Shown: piece after piece, positions 12,054-24,850 of the stretch
How the letters are laid out: each line of letters begins with the position of its first letter
Numbering within the stretch: position 1 is the stretch's first letter
Assembly: GCF_001194135.2 (NCBI RefSeq)
Contig: NC_068985.1
Coordinates: 75,075,081 to 75,139,080, forward strand
From: Octopus bimaculoides
Lineage: Eukaryota
Reading direction: 5' to 3'
DNA length: 64,000 nt
Translations under genes and position numbers: made by a program
The notes under the pieces: model-generated
What the model saw: the letters and a program-made list of their open reading frames with translations, nothing else
Database searches by the model: none
Told to the model about the DNA's origin: nothing

Positions 12054-13933
12054 ATAGATGATCGGTGCGATGTACGCATTCACCACCTCCGGTCGACCTT
12101 TCGGAGATAGCTTCCTCTCGGCACATTTCTGGGTGCGATTGGCTACCCTGCTCGTCACCTCGTCCCAGTTTTTCTCTACCTGGAAGTCCTGACCAAACCA
12201 AACTCCGAGCAACTTAACGGGACCGTCTGTCCAGCGCCCCACCACGCTGTTGGACGGCATGGACTTGCTTCTCCAGGTGCTGAGCTGCAAGCCCATTGAC
12301 TTTTCCGCGTTAATTTTTGCTCCTGTCACCGCTTCATATTCCTGCAGTGTTTCGGCAGTCAGGTCGATATGCCTGTGACTCGACACTATGACGGTGACAT
12401 CATCAGCGTAAGCAGATACATTTATTCCACATCTTATATTACGCGGGACACTCTTCAAAGCCTCCAATATATGCATTAATGGCTCAAGAGTTAGTACATA
12501 CAGAAGGGAGCAGAGAGGGCACGCTTGACGTACCGAACGCAATATGCTGAATGGCTTCGATAAGTGACCATTCACCTGAACAACTGTGCAGATACCGCTG
12601 TACAAAGCAGCGATCAAACCGCGGGTAAATGGACCGAAACCGGCTGCATTGAGGACAGCTACCAAGTATTTATGGTAGACCCTATCAAAGGCTTTAGATT
12701 GATCTACATTGATCAGAGCCCCACTCATTCCAGCTTCGTTATCCACCCTCTCTATGATGCAGCGCATAAGATAGAGGTTATCGTGAATACTCCTGGATGG
12801 GATGACACATGTTTGCGCCTACCAACCTCTTGGCTAACACCTTGCCCAAAATCTTCAACACTGCATTAAGCAGAGTGATGGGCCTGAAATTCTCTATAAC
12901 GTCCCCCTTGTTTGGGTCTTTTCTCAGTAGTGCCACCGCCCCTCGACAGACAAAAGTGGAAATTCTCCCATTCTGCTGCCATTTGCTGTAGACGTTTGCT
13001 AAAGAGGGCCGCAAACAAGTCTTGCATCGAAGTAGAAAGCTCGTAAGGCAGATCATCCAAACCTGGCGATCTACCTCTCGTGCAACTCTTCATAAAACAT
13101 TTTCTGCCTTGTTATCCATCTTACCATTCGTCCCGAACAGTCGAGCAAAGTGCCGCTGAAAAGCCGCGTATATCTGTCTCGGCTGAAACACCACGCCTCC
13201 GCTCTTGTCCACTAAAAACAGAATGGTGACTTTATTGTCGCTTCTCCTCTCCATCACGCAGGCACATTGTGACGTTTGCGTTCCTACCCCGCCTAGTGAA
13301 AGTGCCTTGGTTCTGACAACGCAGCCTTCATGATTGGCGTCGAAAAATTGGTCGAGGGCCACTCTCACCGCCAATACATCAGTTTTGATTCCTGTGCTAA
13401 GCGCCTCATCTAACTTTCTAACTAAATCTCCCTCTATTCTATTTCTCTCTGCCGCTAATGCCTAGCTAAACCTAAATGATTGTAGTCTAATTGCCCTTTT
13501 AAGAACAAACTAACAGATGTAGTTGACGATTTCACACGTTAACGCCCGCATAACGAATTCGCTAATCTGGTCTCTGTAAGTTTGACACGCCAGTAATAAC
13601 GTGTCTAGTTTCAAGTAACCGGGTCCCTGTCTATGAAGCCTATCTAAGTTGACCGTACAAATCACAAATTTGTGATCTGTGTAGCAGAACATGTAAAGTG
13701 TGGACACCATATGCTATCCTTGTTCCCTGGCCCACAAAATAACCTATCTAGATACGATCTAGATGACACGATACGGTTTGTCCAAGTCCATTTTGGCACA
13801 TTCGGGTAATCTAGACGGTACCTGTCATACAATTGAAGACGTGTGAGCAGGTTTTTGAGGCTTTTGCATCCGTCTCCTATCAGATACATCCACGCAATCG
13901 AAAGGTCCGTCTAAGACAGCGTTCCAATTCCCC
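12054..13933 (-). mobile_element. Tx1/L1-like LINE ORF2 fragment (APE end to RT), frameshifted
   Basis: Motifs in order: GNWNAVLD, YRLDYPNVPKWTW, SYLDR, TDHKFV, RSPGLDDLPYE, FRPITLLN, DQSKAFDRV, SVRQACPLCSLLY, AYADDV. The 3' side runs into a gap. Confidence 0.9.
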
Positions 13934-13974
13934 GGAACGCTGTCTTATACTCTTGAATGACGTTTCTTTTTTAG

Positions 13975-16209
13975 ACCGAAAAGAAAAGTGAGGACTTAAA
14001 AGCGAACAAAAATACAGGGCACTGGACCGGAAGTATAATCTTGAAAGAAAGGGCCTGAAGGTGGTAATGGAGGAACCGAAACACCGACTCGTTACAAAAA
14101 AAGCAAAGATGGTAAGATACGACCAAAGAATGAAGGGCTACTAGCAGAATAGTTTATTCAGAGTAGACAGAAGTGATTCTACAAAGAAATAAATGGAGAG
14201 TGTACAGATGAAAAGTTGATACCAGATGACATTGAAAGTCAAATGTTTTGGAGTGACATCTGGATCAAACACAAAGAGCACAAGAAGGATGCTGAATGGT
14301 TGCAGGAACTGAAACAAACAGTAGTCTGTCCAAAACAAGCAGAACTAGACATTTCAGTTGGGGAAGTGAATGAAATCAGCAGCAAAATGGGCGACTGGAT
14401 GGCCTCGGAACCAAATGGGGTTCAACGCCACTGTCATGCACGAACAGCTGCACAACTCAACACCTTGTTAAATGCCGACTAAGTACCACCGGAGTGGTTG
14501 ACAATGGGTTGGACAGTACTGTTCTTGAAAATCATCGAAATAGGCAATACGGTAGACAGTTGCAGGCAGGTATCCTGCTTGCCGCTTATGTGGAAATTAG
14601 TGACTAGAATAGTCGCAGAGTGAATATAAGGACATCTGGAAAAAATGGAGTCCTGTCACATGAGCAGAAGGTTGCAACCGTAAGAGCAGAGTTACCAAGT
14701 ATCAACTCTTGGTAGACATAACTGTACTTAGAGACTGCAAGATGAGGAAAACTAACTTTGCTATGGCATGGATCGATTATCGTAAGGCGTACAATATGAT
14801 GCCACATTCTTGGATAATGGAATGTATGAACCTATTTGTTATAGCATCGAATTTTGAGCGATTGCTTGGATAAAGTATGGCGAAATGGACGATGGAACTG
14901 ACAACATATGGAAGAAGTTTAGGGACAATAGAAATCAGGAGAGGCATCTTCCAAGAGGACTGCTTGTCCCGACTGATCTTTGTACTGTGCATGACACCAC
15001 TAACACTGATTCTAGGGAACGCAAAAGCTGGGTATGTATTCAAAAGCCGCCAACAAAAAGCCAACTACTTGTTATTCATGGATGACCTCTAACTTTATGG
15101 TAAAGATGAATCCCAAGTCAGTACCCTCGTTGATACAGTGTATACTTTCGGTGCTCATATCAGAATGGAGTACGGACTGAAAACGTGTCGTGTGTTAGAC
15201 TTGAAGTGAGGCAAAATTAAGTGTATGGGCGGGATAGCGATACCGTCGGGTGAGGTTATGAAGCAAATAGAAGAGACGGGTTATAAATACTTGGGTATAC
15301 AGGAAATTGATAAATTGATGGAGAAAGAAATGACAGATAAATTTAAGGTCGAGTACTTGCGTAGACTGAGACCGATCCTTAAGTTGAAATTAAACGGACA
15401 GAATAAGATTGAAGCTATCAAAACCTGGCGATGGAGCAGGGGTAATCGCATGGATAGTAGACGAACTAAACAACTTAGAAAGACAGGAACGTTGCTGACT
15501 ACAGATGAGATACTCCACCCAAACTGAAACAGACAGACTGTATGTACCAAGAAAAAGAAGGGGAAGAGGACTGATTGGATGCGAAAACATTAGAGTGGAA
15601 GAAAACAACATAGCATGGTATGATGTAAAAATGCCAAAGATCTACTATTATTGGATGTAAGAAGGTCAGTCTTGTGTAGAATGGAAGATTTCAAAGATAA
15701 AGCACTGTACAAGTACTTGAGAATGAATGAAACTGAAAATAGGTAGATAAAGAAAAGAATGCATGGACAATTTCATATGGGTGTTGAAGATAAGACAGAC
15801 AACGAAAAAAGATGGATATGAATGAATAAAACTGATTTAAAACCATAAACGTAGGTTCTAATTTATGTTGCCTAAGGGCAAGCATTAAGAACCAATTACA
15901 TCAAATACAGAATAGACAACACATCAGAAACTGATAAGTGCAGAATTATTAGACAAAATGGTGAAACCGTATGGCATATTATCAGCCAATGTACACCACT
16001 AGCCCAGCAGAGACGTCATGACAATGGAGCAAAGTTTGTCCCTTGGACACTTTGCAACAAGTATGGAGCACTTGCAGAAGACAGCACTGCTTTGAACAGC
16101 TCGAATACTCCGGATGGTGCTCGAAAAATAAGGGGTGTTACTTTAGTTCACTGGTAGTGAATAACTGACACCATAGTACATCTCCACTATAAGAAGCTGT
16201 GCAAAGACG

Positions 16210-16212
<3 letters not shown>
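13975..16212 (+). mobile_element. R4/Dong-like LINE body (RT + decayed CCHC of REL), internally deleted near the 3' end, followed by (AAT)n
   Basis: [78 protein letters not shown]. It then jumps to LQKTALL.TARILRMVL, a UTR and AAT repeats. Confidence 0.9.
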
Positions 16213-16270
<58 letters not shown>

Positions 16271-16480
16271 TAGAAAGGATTCAGGTAACTCCTCCTGTAG
16301 ATATAGAGTCAAAATTAAAAGAAGAGTGTCATTTGTTATCTTGGGAACAATATTTCGACATAGAGTCAATACAGGAGGAGTTACCTCAATCCTTTCTATA
16401 TTAACCAAAATGAAGTAGATTGACAAATTTATTTTTTGAACCAGTTGAAGACACGCGAGATGTCGAAATATTGTTCCCAA

Positions 16481-16560
<80 letters not shown>

Positions 16561-16561
<1 letters not shown>

Positions 16562-16975
16562 CGAACACCGTTGCACGAATATTGTCGTACTGAATAAGAG
16601 AGAGAAATATTGTCGAGCCATTGACGTAGCCATAACAAATGGCAAGAATGTTGTGAGTAAAGAGGTTGAAAAAATCACCAAGTAACCCGAATTGAACGTG
16701 GAAATGGCATGACTGTATGGAATGCTTGAGTGCAATGTGAGAGTTATATCAGTGGTGATCGGAACCTTGGGCTCAATCCCATTGAAACTTCAAGACTTCT
16801 TAACGCAACTGCAAATCTCATGCAAGATGAATGTCTTGTAAAAAGCAACCTTATTGGGCACAGCGCGCATCTTAAGGAAAGTATAATCTGTCTGAGATTC
16901 CTGTTGTGACTTGACAGATAACTAAAGTCTCCGGTGCATTTTTACTTACACTGTATTACGAAGAAATAATAATAA
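16561..16975 (+). mobile_element. R4/Dong-like 3' end (REL nuclease core), further subfamily
   Basis: NIVVLNKREKYCRAIDVAI...KEVEKITK...VVIGTLG...KATLLGTARILRKV. AAT repeats lie on both sides. Confidence 0.8.
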
Positions 16976-16989
16976 TAAAACTAAAATAA

Positions 16990-17205
16990 TACCTGTTGTC
17001 ATAGGTGCCCTAAGAATGATAGCATAAGGGGCTGATTGCTACCTAGCTCAGATACCTGGAAACCCCAAAATGGTAGAAATTCAAAAGATTGCGCTCGTGG
17101 GAACTGCCCATATCCTACATAAAATACTGTCTGTATAATATCTTGAAGTTTCGGGGTGAGACTCAGAGACAACTTGCACAAATACAAAGCAAAAGTTAGA
17201 CATAT
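16990..17205 (+). mobile_element. R4/Dong-like 3' end, same family as 10416-10760, with a 3' UTR deletion
   Basis: Aligns directly to 10416-10760 but lacks ~125 nt of UTR. Confidence 0.85.
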
Positions 17206-17223
17206 AATAACAACAACAACAAC

Positions 17224-17291
<68 letters not shown>

Positions 17292-17293
<2 letters not shown>

Positions 17294-17844
17294 GTCCGGA
17301 TGCAGAAACAGGCAGTAGCTCTCGTGGCTTCTGACCTTAATTGATTGGAGGTGTTATCATGTACGTTGTTTTATCTTGGTATAAAAGATGGGCAACAGCA
17401 AATATTGTTCTCAATACCACAGATTTGTTTGTCAGTCGTTGAACTTAAGCAGTCGATCATGTTCTTTAATGGCTGATGATATGTGCATCTCTGATCGCAA
17501 GCAGAAGTAGTAGGGGAGTATCATAGCCATGTGTTGTGAGAAATTCTTCGGGTTTGGATAATTCACCTTTGGAAAAAAGAGTGTTTTGTTCAACATCCTT
17601 AAACAAACCTTATTCAGAGACCTTTTGAGCGGGATCGGCTACTCAACCTGTAAAATATTCTAACTGGGCCCCACTTACAAGGTCATGCGCTGTTAATCTT
17701 CATATGAGAACCCCATGTCGCGCACATATGGTTGTGATGCATGTGCCTGGTGTACCCTTATCAGACGCGTAGTGATGATGAGTATACTGGGCTTCGAATA
17801 TTTAGCCCAGTGTTACTTCCATGGCATGCACTGCTCTCTCACTC
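17292..17844 (+). mobile_element. ~550-nt ORF-less module embedded in (AAT)n (candidate non-autonomous retroposon or long 3' UTR)
   Basis: AAT tracts on both sides, and no ORF of 60 aa or more internal to the module in the ORF track. Its terminal 20 nt recur exactly, inverted, at 38707-38726 inside (ATT)n. Confidence 0.55.
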
Positions 17845-17869
17845 AATAATAATAATAATAGTAATAACA

Positions 17870-18172
17870 GATAGATCCCTTAACCAAAACAATCCAGAAG
17901 TGTGGTAGGGACATCAGTATGGAATTTGGGATTACCAAATGCTCAGTTCTTAATATGTAAAAAGGAAAGAAAGCAGCCGGCAGAGTATCGCGATTACCAT
18001 CAGGAGAGATCATGGGTGAACCCGACGGTAGTGGGTATCTATATTTAGGAATTTTGGAGCTGGAAGACATTCTACACAGAGAAATTAAAGTTAATGTCAG
18101 CTAGGCGTATCAAGAAGGGGTGAAGATGAATATCTTGGCAGTTGCGGTGGCCAGATATATTGCGTCCATCCT
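17870..18172 (+). mobile_element. R4/Dong-like internal RT fragment
   Basis: LTKTIQKCGRDISMEFGITKCSVL...LPSGEIMGEPDGSGYLYLGILE...NILAVAVARY. Confidence 0.8.
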
Positions 18173-18173
18173 C

Positions 18174-18224
<51 letters not shown>

Positions 18225-18265
18225 CTACAATAATAATAATAATAAATAGTAATAATAATAATAAT

Positions 18266-19200
18266 GATTTCATTTATTTGCCACAAGGGAGAAGGATGAA
18301 GGGTACAAAACAGAGACAGACATACAGTGTGGTGATTTACATATAATGAAATGATAGATAAAAGTATGTATACACGGTATACACTGAAAAAGAAAGGACA
18401 TACGCATAGCATACGAAGGCAATAAAATTTGTGGGGAGGATGATAGTGATGTGACCCTCCTGATATAGGAAGGCCTCTAAGGATAATCAAGGAACACCAC
18501 TGTTCATGATTTACCTTAAACCCTTGGAACAATTGCCCTTTCCAATTCCTTCTCTTCGACTCACAGGTCTACACTTAGAGAGGTAACATCTACTGTTGCC
18601 ATTTTTGCAACTTTCACTCACCTTTCAATAAAATCACTCGAGGACAGCACTTCCTTCTTCACTCTCAGTTTCCCTTTCACGTGGAACTTGAATAAGTCAA
18701 TGAGACCTCTACCAAAGAGGAATGTATCTGTCTGCATGCCTTTCAGACTTGTCCACCAAACAACCTGTTTCGCCACAGCAACCAGGCAAAGGAAAACTGC
18801 CTTACCTTCCCGATTGAAGGAGGGTGGTTGCACGATCATCACTACAGACTCGGATGACAGACGTATCGGTCCCATACAAGACAGTAGCTGTTCAAAATAA
18901 CCCTACAAGTTAGCAACGCCCTGACACTGAACGAGAGCATGCAGAACGGTTTTGTCACTGCGCGACAAGTCCGTCTAACAACACATCCGTGCCTGTAGAG
19001 ATTCTCTCGAACCAGTAGCGCCCCCACCCACACCACCGGTAGCATTGCCAAGTCAGGACATCTGGAAATTATCCATGATAGTTCCGGAACAGACTTGCCA
19101 GTTCGTTCTCGTCGCCCCCCACCCGAGACTCCTCGAGAACGCCGTCGTACTTCCCAGCAACTAATCCTGTATAACTTTCTAAAGCGGAACATCCACCGAT
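18266..19200 (-). mobile_element. Tx1/L1-like LINE 3' end (Cys-rich region, ORF2 C-terminus, 3' UTR), 5'-truncated
   Basis: GALLVRENLYRHG, ETVLHAL (frameshifted), VAVAKQVVWWTSLKG...FKFHVKGKLRVKKEVL. The UTR ends AATAAATGAAATC followed by (ATT)n. Confidence 0.85.
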
Positions 19201-20139
19201 CCCATTGATGATGATGATGATGATGACGATGATGATGATGATGTCGACTACGATGACGATGAGGATGATGATGATCGATGCCTATCTATATATATCTATT
19301 TAGGCATTTATGACTGTAGTGGCAGTGGTAGCATTCGCACCAATAGTACACTATCATGTTCATGTATCTGGGAATAGATATCTGTTTTAGCACTAATTTC
19401 GAGCTACATACAAACATGCATATCTAATTAAATTGTAACTGACATTTACTTAATTTCATTCAACTTGTGAAATTTGGGAAAAAATCAATCCTTTAAATGT
19501 TGGTTTCCAGGAGCATAAAGTATCTTCTTTAGAAAATTATCTTTGTGACTGGCAGTAAAAGCGATAAGAAATTCAACACGGAATCTTATCGAATTAGTGT
19601 TTTGTATAGAGAAAATAAATGATTGATGATTTCATGAAATGAGAAATCTCTTATAATAAAGGGCATTTAACAGTAAAATAATCACTGAATAAGTACCATT
19701 TGTTTTGGAAACTTGCATATTATTTTGAATGAGAATATTTCATTATTGTAACACAAGTATTTACAAAGTTCATTTCACGTGAACCAATGACATATCATTG
19801 ATAAAAATCTTGCAAGCTTTTATAACGTAGAATTAGGAAATTTCTGCTATCGGTGCAGTAACGTTTACTATTGAATCGAAATGATGTTGTCGATTTGTAT
19901 CACTGAATCGTGGAAGAGCTACAAAAGTGCATCATAAATTAAAATCGGTATTGGTCAACCACGTGACTGAAACTAATGCGCTTAGGATATTCGTGAATAA
20001 TAGCTCAGATACCTATGCCTTTTTCCAGCAAATCTGTTCACAGTCTCGAACATTTAGTTTTCCTCCGATCGTTTGAAGCTTTCCAATTTCAGCGATTGTA
20101 GGAAACTACGATGATTATATTTTCAAGGTCGTATTTGCA

Positions 20140-20553
<414 letters not shown>

Positions 20554-21399
20554 GGGCAACAAAGGCTATCACAATTTCACTCAATCCCGCTCCCTGTCTC
20601 GGCGATATTTCTGTTGATTTTTGTTTCTATCTAGGACTGTAAACGTCATCACTATATTTCACTCATTCGGTTTACGACAATGGCAAGAGCAACATTGTGT
20701 TAGGGTACAGTGTTTACGTAATGAAACTGATTGTAAATCTTTATTTTAGCATAAAGTGAACAATATTTTGGTCGTAAAAATCTTTGCTTTTCTTTGAAGA
20801 TCACTGTATATTAATCCATTACCTACCAGTGATTTCATATGAGATCACTTCAAAATCACAAATTTCGTAATTATCTGTCAATATTTACGCATATCTAACC
20901 TTTTTGCTATATCTACAAGGTATATTTCTCTGATATTCAAATGAGGTTTGCTAATTTTTCACCCAATATCTCGCTTATTTCTATTTAAAATGCTATTTGG
21001 AAATGTTATTTTGAAATGTTATTTTGATCATTCCAGTGTGTTTCTAAGGCTGTTTTATGCTAGAAATCAAAGTTTCATAAAAAAAATTCCAGTTAATAGA
21101 ATTATGGGAGGTAATGGGTTAATGTCAAACGTTTGAACTTCTTATATCACTCTCTTTCTGTCGCTCCTTCCATCTCTTCCTTCTTTTTACTCGACGATAT
21201 TTTCGTTGCATTTTGTTCTTTCTCACAGCAACACACTTCCACACCTCTCCTCGTGACCTATGTATACGTTTTTGGCTGCCCTCAGATTACATAACGACAC
21301 ATATACTTTTTCCTCTTCTAGTTTTGCTTTCTTGTTCACGGTTTTTTTTTTCTGTTTTCACGGCATCTCTCTTGTATCTAATTTATTTGCTCACGTGAT

Positions 21400-24160
21400 A
21401 ACTGCCTCTCCACCACTACTTTGACCAAAGGTGTAAAGGCAAATCATATCTGGATCATTGAGCATTGGTCAACATCCACAAAGGCGGATCGTCGGCGACT
21501 AAACTGGCATGCTCTGTGGAGGGTTTTTTTGGTCTATTTGGTCACCCTTTAGGGCGAAAAACAATACCTATGAAAAGCAGATATACTCTGGAGAGTCGAC
21601 AGCCATGCAAATAGCGCTTTTATTGTTTTCAGAATTCGAGCCTAGGAGACTATAATTGCAATCCAACAGAGCGTGCTGTATCAGGAGGGTGTTTTTTTTT
21701 TCTTGCGAGGAGTCTCAAGTGCCAACAACCTACTAAATATTGCTTTATCAGTATAATGATACTGATGAAGCCATTATATCTAAGGATAGCAGTAAAATGA
21801 AGAACAAAAACGGTAGAGAATGTTTTTTTATGCGGATAAAGCTACCACATAGTGTAAAATGTCTCTTTAGCCTTAGCTGGCAATCACTATCAAATCAATG
21901 GTGGTTGGAACTCCTCATAACCACAGTCCTTCTTATGAGTGTAATACCAAATAAAATGATCAAAATTGCGTTCATAAAACTTGAAACCTAAACAAATGCC
22001 ACATGCACGGCAAATGTTCCGCTTTCCAAGCAGGGTTCACCAAGTTGTTATACAAATACTGCTACAAAGACTAGGAACAATGGACTCAAAATGACAAAAG
22101 AATTGTAATAGAATGATATCGCGGAAGCGAGTCTGCCTCAATAAAGTACAAGAAAATAACAAAATATGGGCAGAGAAAGGCATGTCAACTGTCACGGAAA
22201 ATATCTCTACATCAGATAAATGTAATCATGGAAAAACCAGTCCCTATTAGGATCGAATAACTCCACAATTGTGAAACAGTGTGCACATGGCAACACAGTG
22301 CACGAAGAAAGAGGAAGGTGAACACAAATTAGAATTGGTTCAGGGGCCAATAAATCCCCACAAAAGAAACAAGTGTTGTAACGAAGAGAAACTGTACTCT
22401 GCTATATATATGGAAAGAGTGTTACAGAAAAATAAAGGAGCTTACTACAACGCCAGAATAAGATATGAAATAGTGAAAGACAGAGGCCACATGCTCGAAG
22501 AGGAATCGAAAGAGGAAAAATAAGTACTGAAAATGTGGCCGAACAGTTAACGAAAATCTATAATGAATAAATAATATAAATAATCTATATCGAATACATA
22601 CTGCCCAGATTCTGTCTCTGTGCAAAATGTTTTGGTTAAAGACAAAGAGAAACCAAGGACATAGTCCTATGTGGGAACGAAGACTTGAAAACCAAATTTA
22701 ATAGTTCAAGAGAGAGCTTGGACGGATACATAGAGCTTTAGAAAAAAAGAGGGTGAGTGAAAAACATAAGAGCAAACCACAATAACGTTAGACAGAAAAC
22801 ACTTCTGGTAGATGAAGAAGAGATGAGACCAAAGAAAGAGATCAAAGTAGTATCAGTTAAAAATGATAGATATCGACACAGAACATATAATTTCAAACAG
22901 AGCAGAATCTTCAAGAACGACAAACGAAAATCCCATTGACACCTATACAATGATGATGAAGCGGCAACAAAATTCTTGGCAGAAATCTGGAGCAAAGGGG
23001 TTCAACCTAATATAAAAGCAGACTGTTTGCGGGAATTTAAAAGTGATGGATTGAAACAAGAAGATATGACAATAATGGATAGAAAAAGTGAAAGATATGA
23101 TCGAGAAAATATAAAACCGTAAAACCCCTGGACCAAAGGGTATTCAGGAATTCTGGCTCAAAAGTTTCCAATTATAGGCAGCCATATAAGGCCATTTTTC
23201 ATTGTTGGAACGCCAACATTGGTGACAGAATGAAAAGACAGTGCTTATACAGAAGAAAGAAAAGCTATAATAAGCAAGCAAGTCACATATTTACTCTAGA
23301 AGTTATTAATTGGCCTCGTAGCAGATAAGGTGTATTATTTTCTAGAAAAGGAGAAATTGCTGTTAGAGAAGCAAAATGGGTACAGAAAGAAGTCAAGGGG
23401 AACTCTTGAACTAATGTATATAGATAGCACTATATAAAATGAGGCACCAGAGAGGTGGAAGAATTTGGCTGTTGGCTGGATAGATTATAGGACGTCTTAC
23501 CACAATTTTCAAACCCTGCTGAATCTGGGAGTGCCTGAAGACGTTCGATGGCGATCAGAAAAAGCAATGATTATATGATTAGTAGAAGTGACATGTGCAA
23601 ATGCATCGCTGGGAAATGTGAATATATCTAGGTTTGTTTTCTATGGAAACTGACTTGAGTGAGTACAGAAAACCAATACAAGAGGACTATAAGCAGAGGC
23701 ATCACTGGTGAAAGAGTGCATCGAGATGTTAGCCGAGTGTGTAGCTACGAATTAACAGGAAAGTGGCATGAACAGGAACCGACGCTGCGACAAAGAAAGG
23801 GAATTACAGGATCTTTTAGGACTTCCCCATAAAGACTGACCAGACTATTAAAGCATGAATACCATATATTATTATAGAAGACAAATTTAACTAGCACTGT
23901 GAGACCATAAAATTTGTAATTCCCTATGATATAAGAGTCGATACCAAAGAAATTTTAAAAAATGAGAAATATCATGATCTAGCCAGAGATCTGAAAAAAC
24001 TGTTGAAGACTAAGACGACAACTATTCTTCTGACAATTGGTTCCCCTCGCACAACACTCAATACACCACCAAAATAACTGAAAGATATTAGAAATATAAG
24101 CGGGCGTGCGCGACCATGTAGTACTGAGTTGGTGTCAAGTGAGAAGAAATATATTTCTAG
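21400..24160 (+). mobile_element. Old, near-full-span but internally deleted R4/Dong-like element
   Basis: Decayed motifs in order: FKQSRIFKNDKRK, FLAEIWSK, PGPKGIQEFWLK, QNGYRKKSRGT, NLAVGWIDYR, then REL C-terminus EKYHDLARDLKKLLKTKTTTI. Confidence 0.75.
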
Positions 24161-24224
24161 GGAAAGAAGTCCATTTGAAACCATTATTGTTGATGTTGTT
24201 GTTGTTGTTGTTGCTGTTATTAAA

Positions 24225-24397
24225 AGAAGAAGAAGAAGAAGAAGAAGAAGAAGAAGAAGAAGAAGAAGAAGAAGAAGAAGAAGAAGAAGAAGAAGAAGAA
24301 GAAGAAGAAGAAGAAGAAGAAGAAGAAGAAGAAGAAGAAGAAGAAGAAGAAGAAGAAGAAGAAGAAGAAGAAGAAGAAGAAGAAGAAGAAGAAGAAG
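24225..24397. repeat. (GAA)n, ~57 uninterrupted units
   Basis: Directly visible. Confidence 0.95.
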
Positions 24398-24399
24398 AT

Positions 24400-24850
24400 A
24401 CCCTGCACGTGGATCCTGGAAATACTAGCTGTGAGTAAGGTAACACCGGCAATGTCATGAGAAAATGTCTGTCAGCTCTGAAGTTGCACACAAAAGAAGG
24501 AATTATAAAAACTGAACCCATCCCCATGAGAAGAGGAATACGTCAAGGAGTCTTCCTCTCCCCACTCCTATTCTGTCTAGCCCTGAAGCGATTGAACAGC
24601 TTAGAATAATGTACCAAAACAACCTTCGAAGAAGAAAATCTAGTTAAGAACAGGAATATAATGCTAGATAACTAAACTGAAATAAGACAGCTAGATCAAT
24701 CTCAGACATACAAATACAGAGGAATCAATAAACTACGTAGGGCAGAACATTTACAAATAAAAGGAAAAACGAAGAATATTATATACTATACACGAATTAG
24801 ATTAACGCTTAAAGAGAGTTAAGTTTGAAAAGTAAGCAAAGCAAATAGTG
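24400..24850 (+). mobile_element. R4/Dong-like internal RT fragment
   Basis: TEPIPMRRGIRQGVFLSPLLFCLAL (QGD.LSP motif), then LDQSQTYKYRGI. Confidence 0.75.

Noticed and set aside
12054-19200. Treating the two minus-strand Tx1 pieces (12054-13933 and 18266-19200) as one interrupted element
   Set aside because: On the minus strand the 3' end must lie at lower coordinates than the RT; here the order is reversed.
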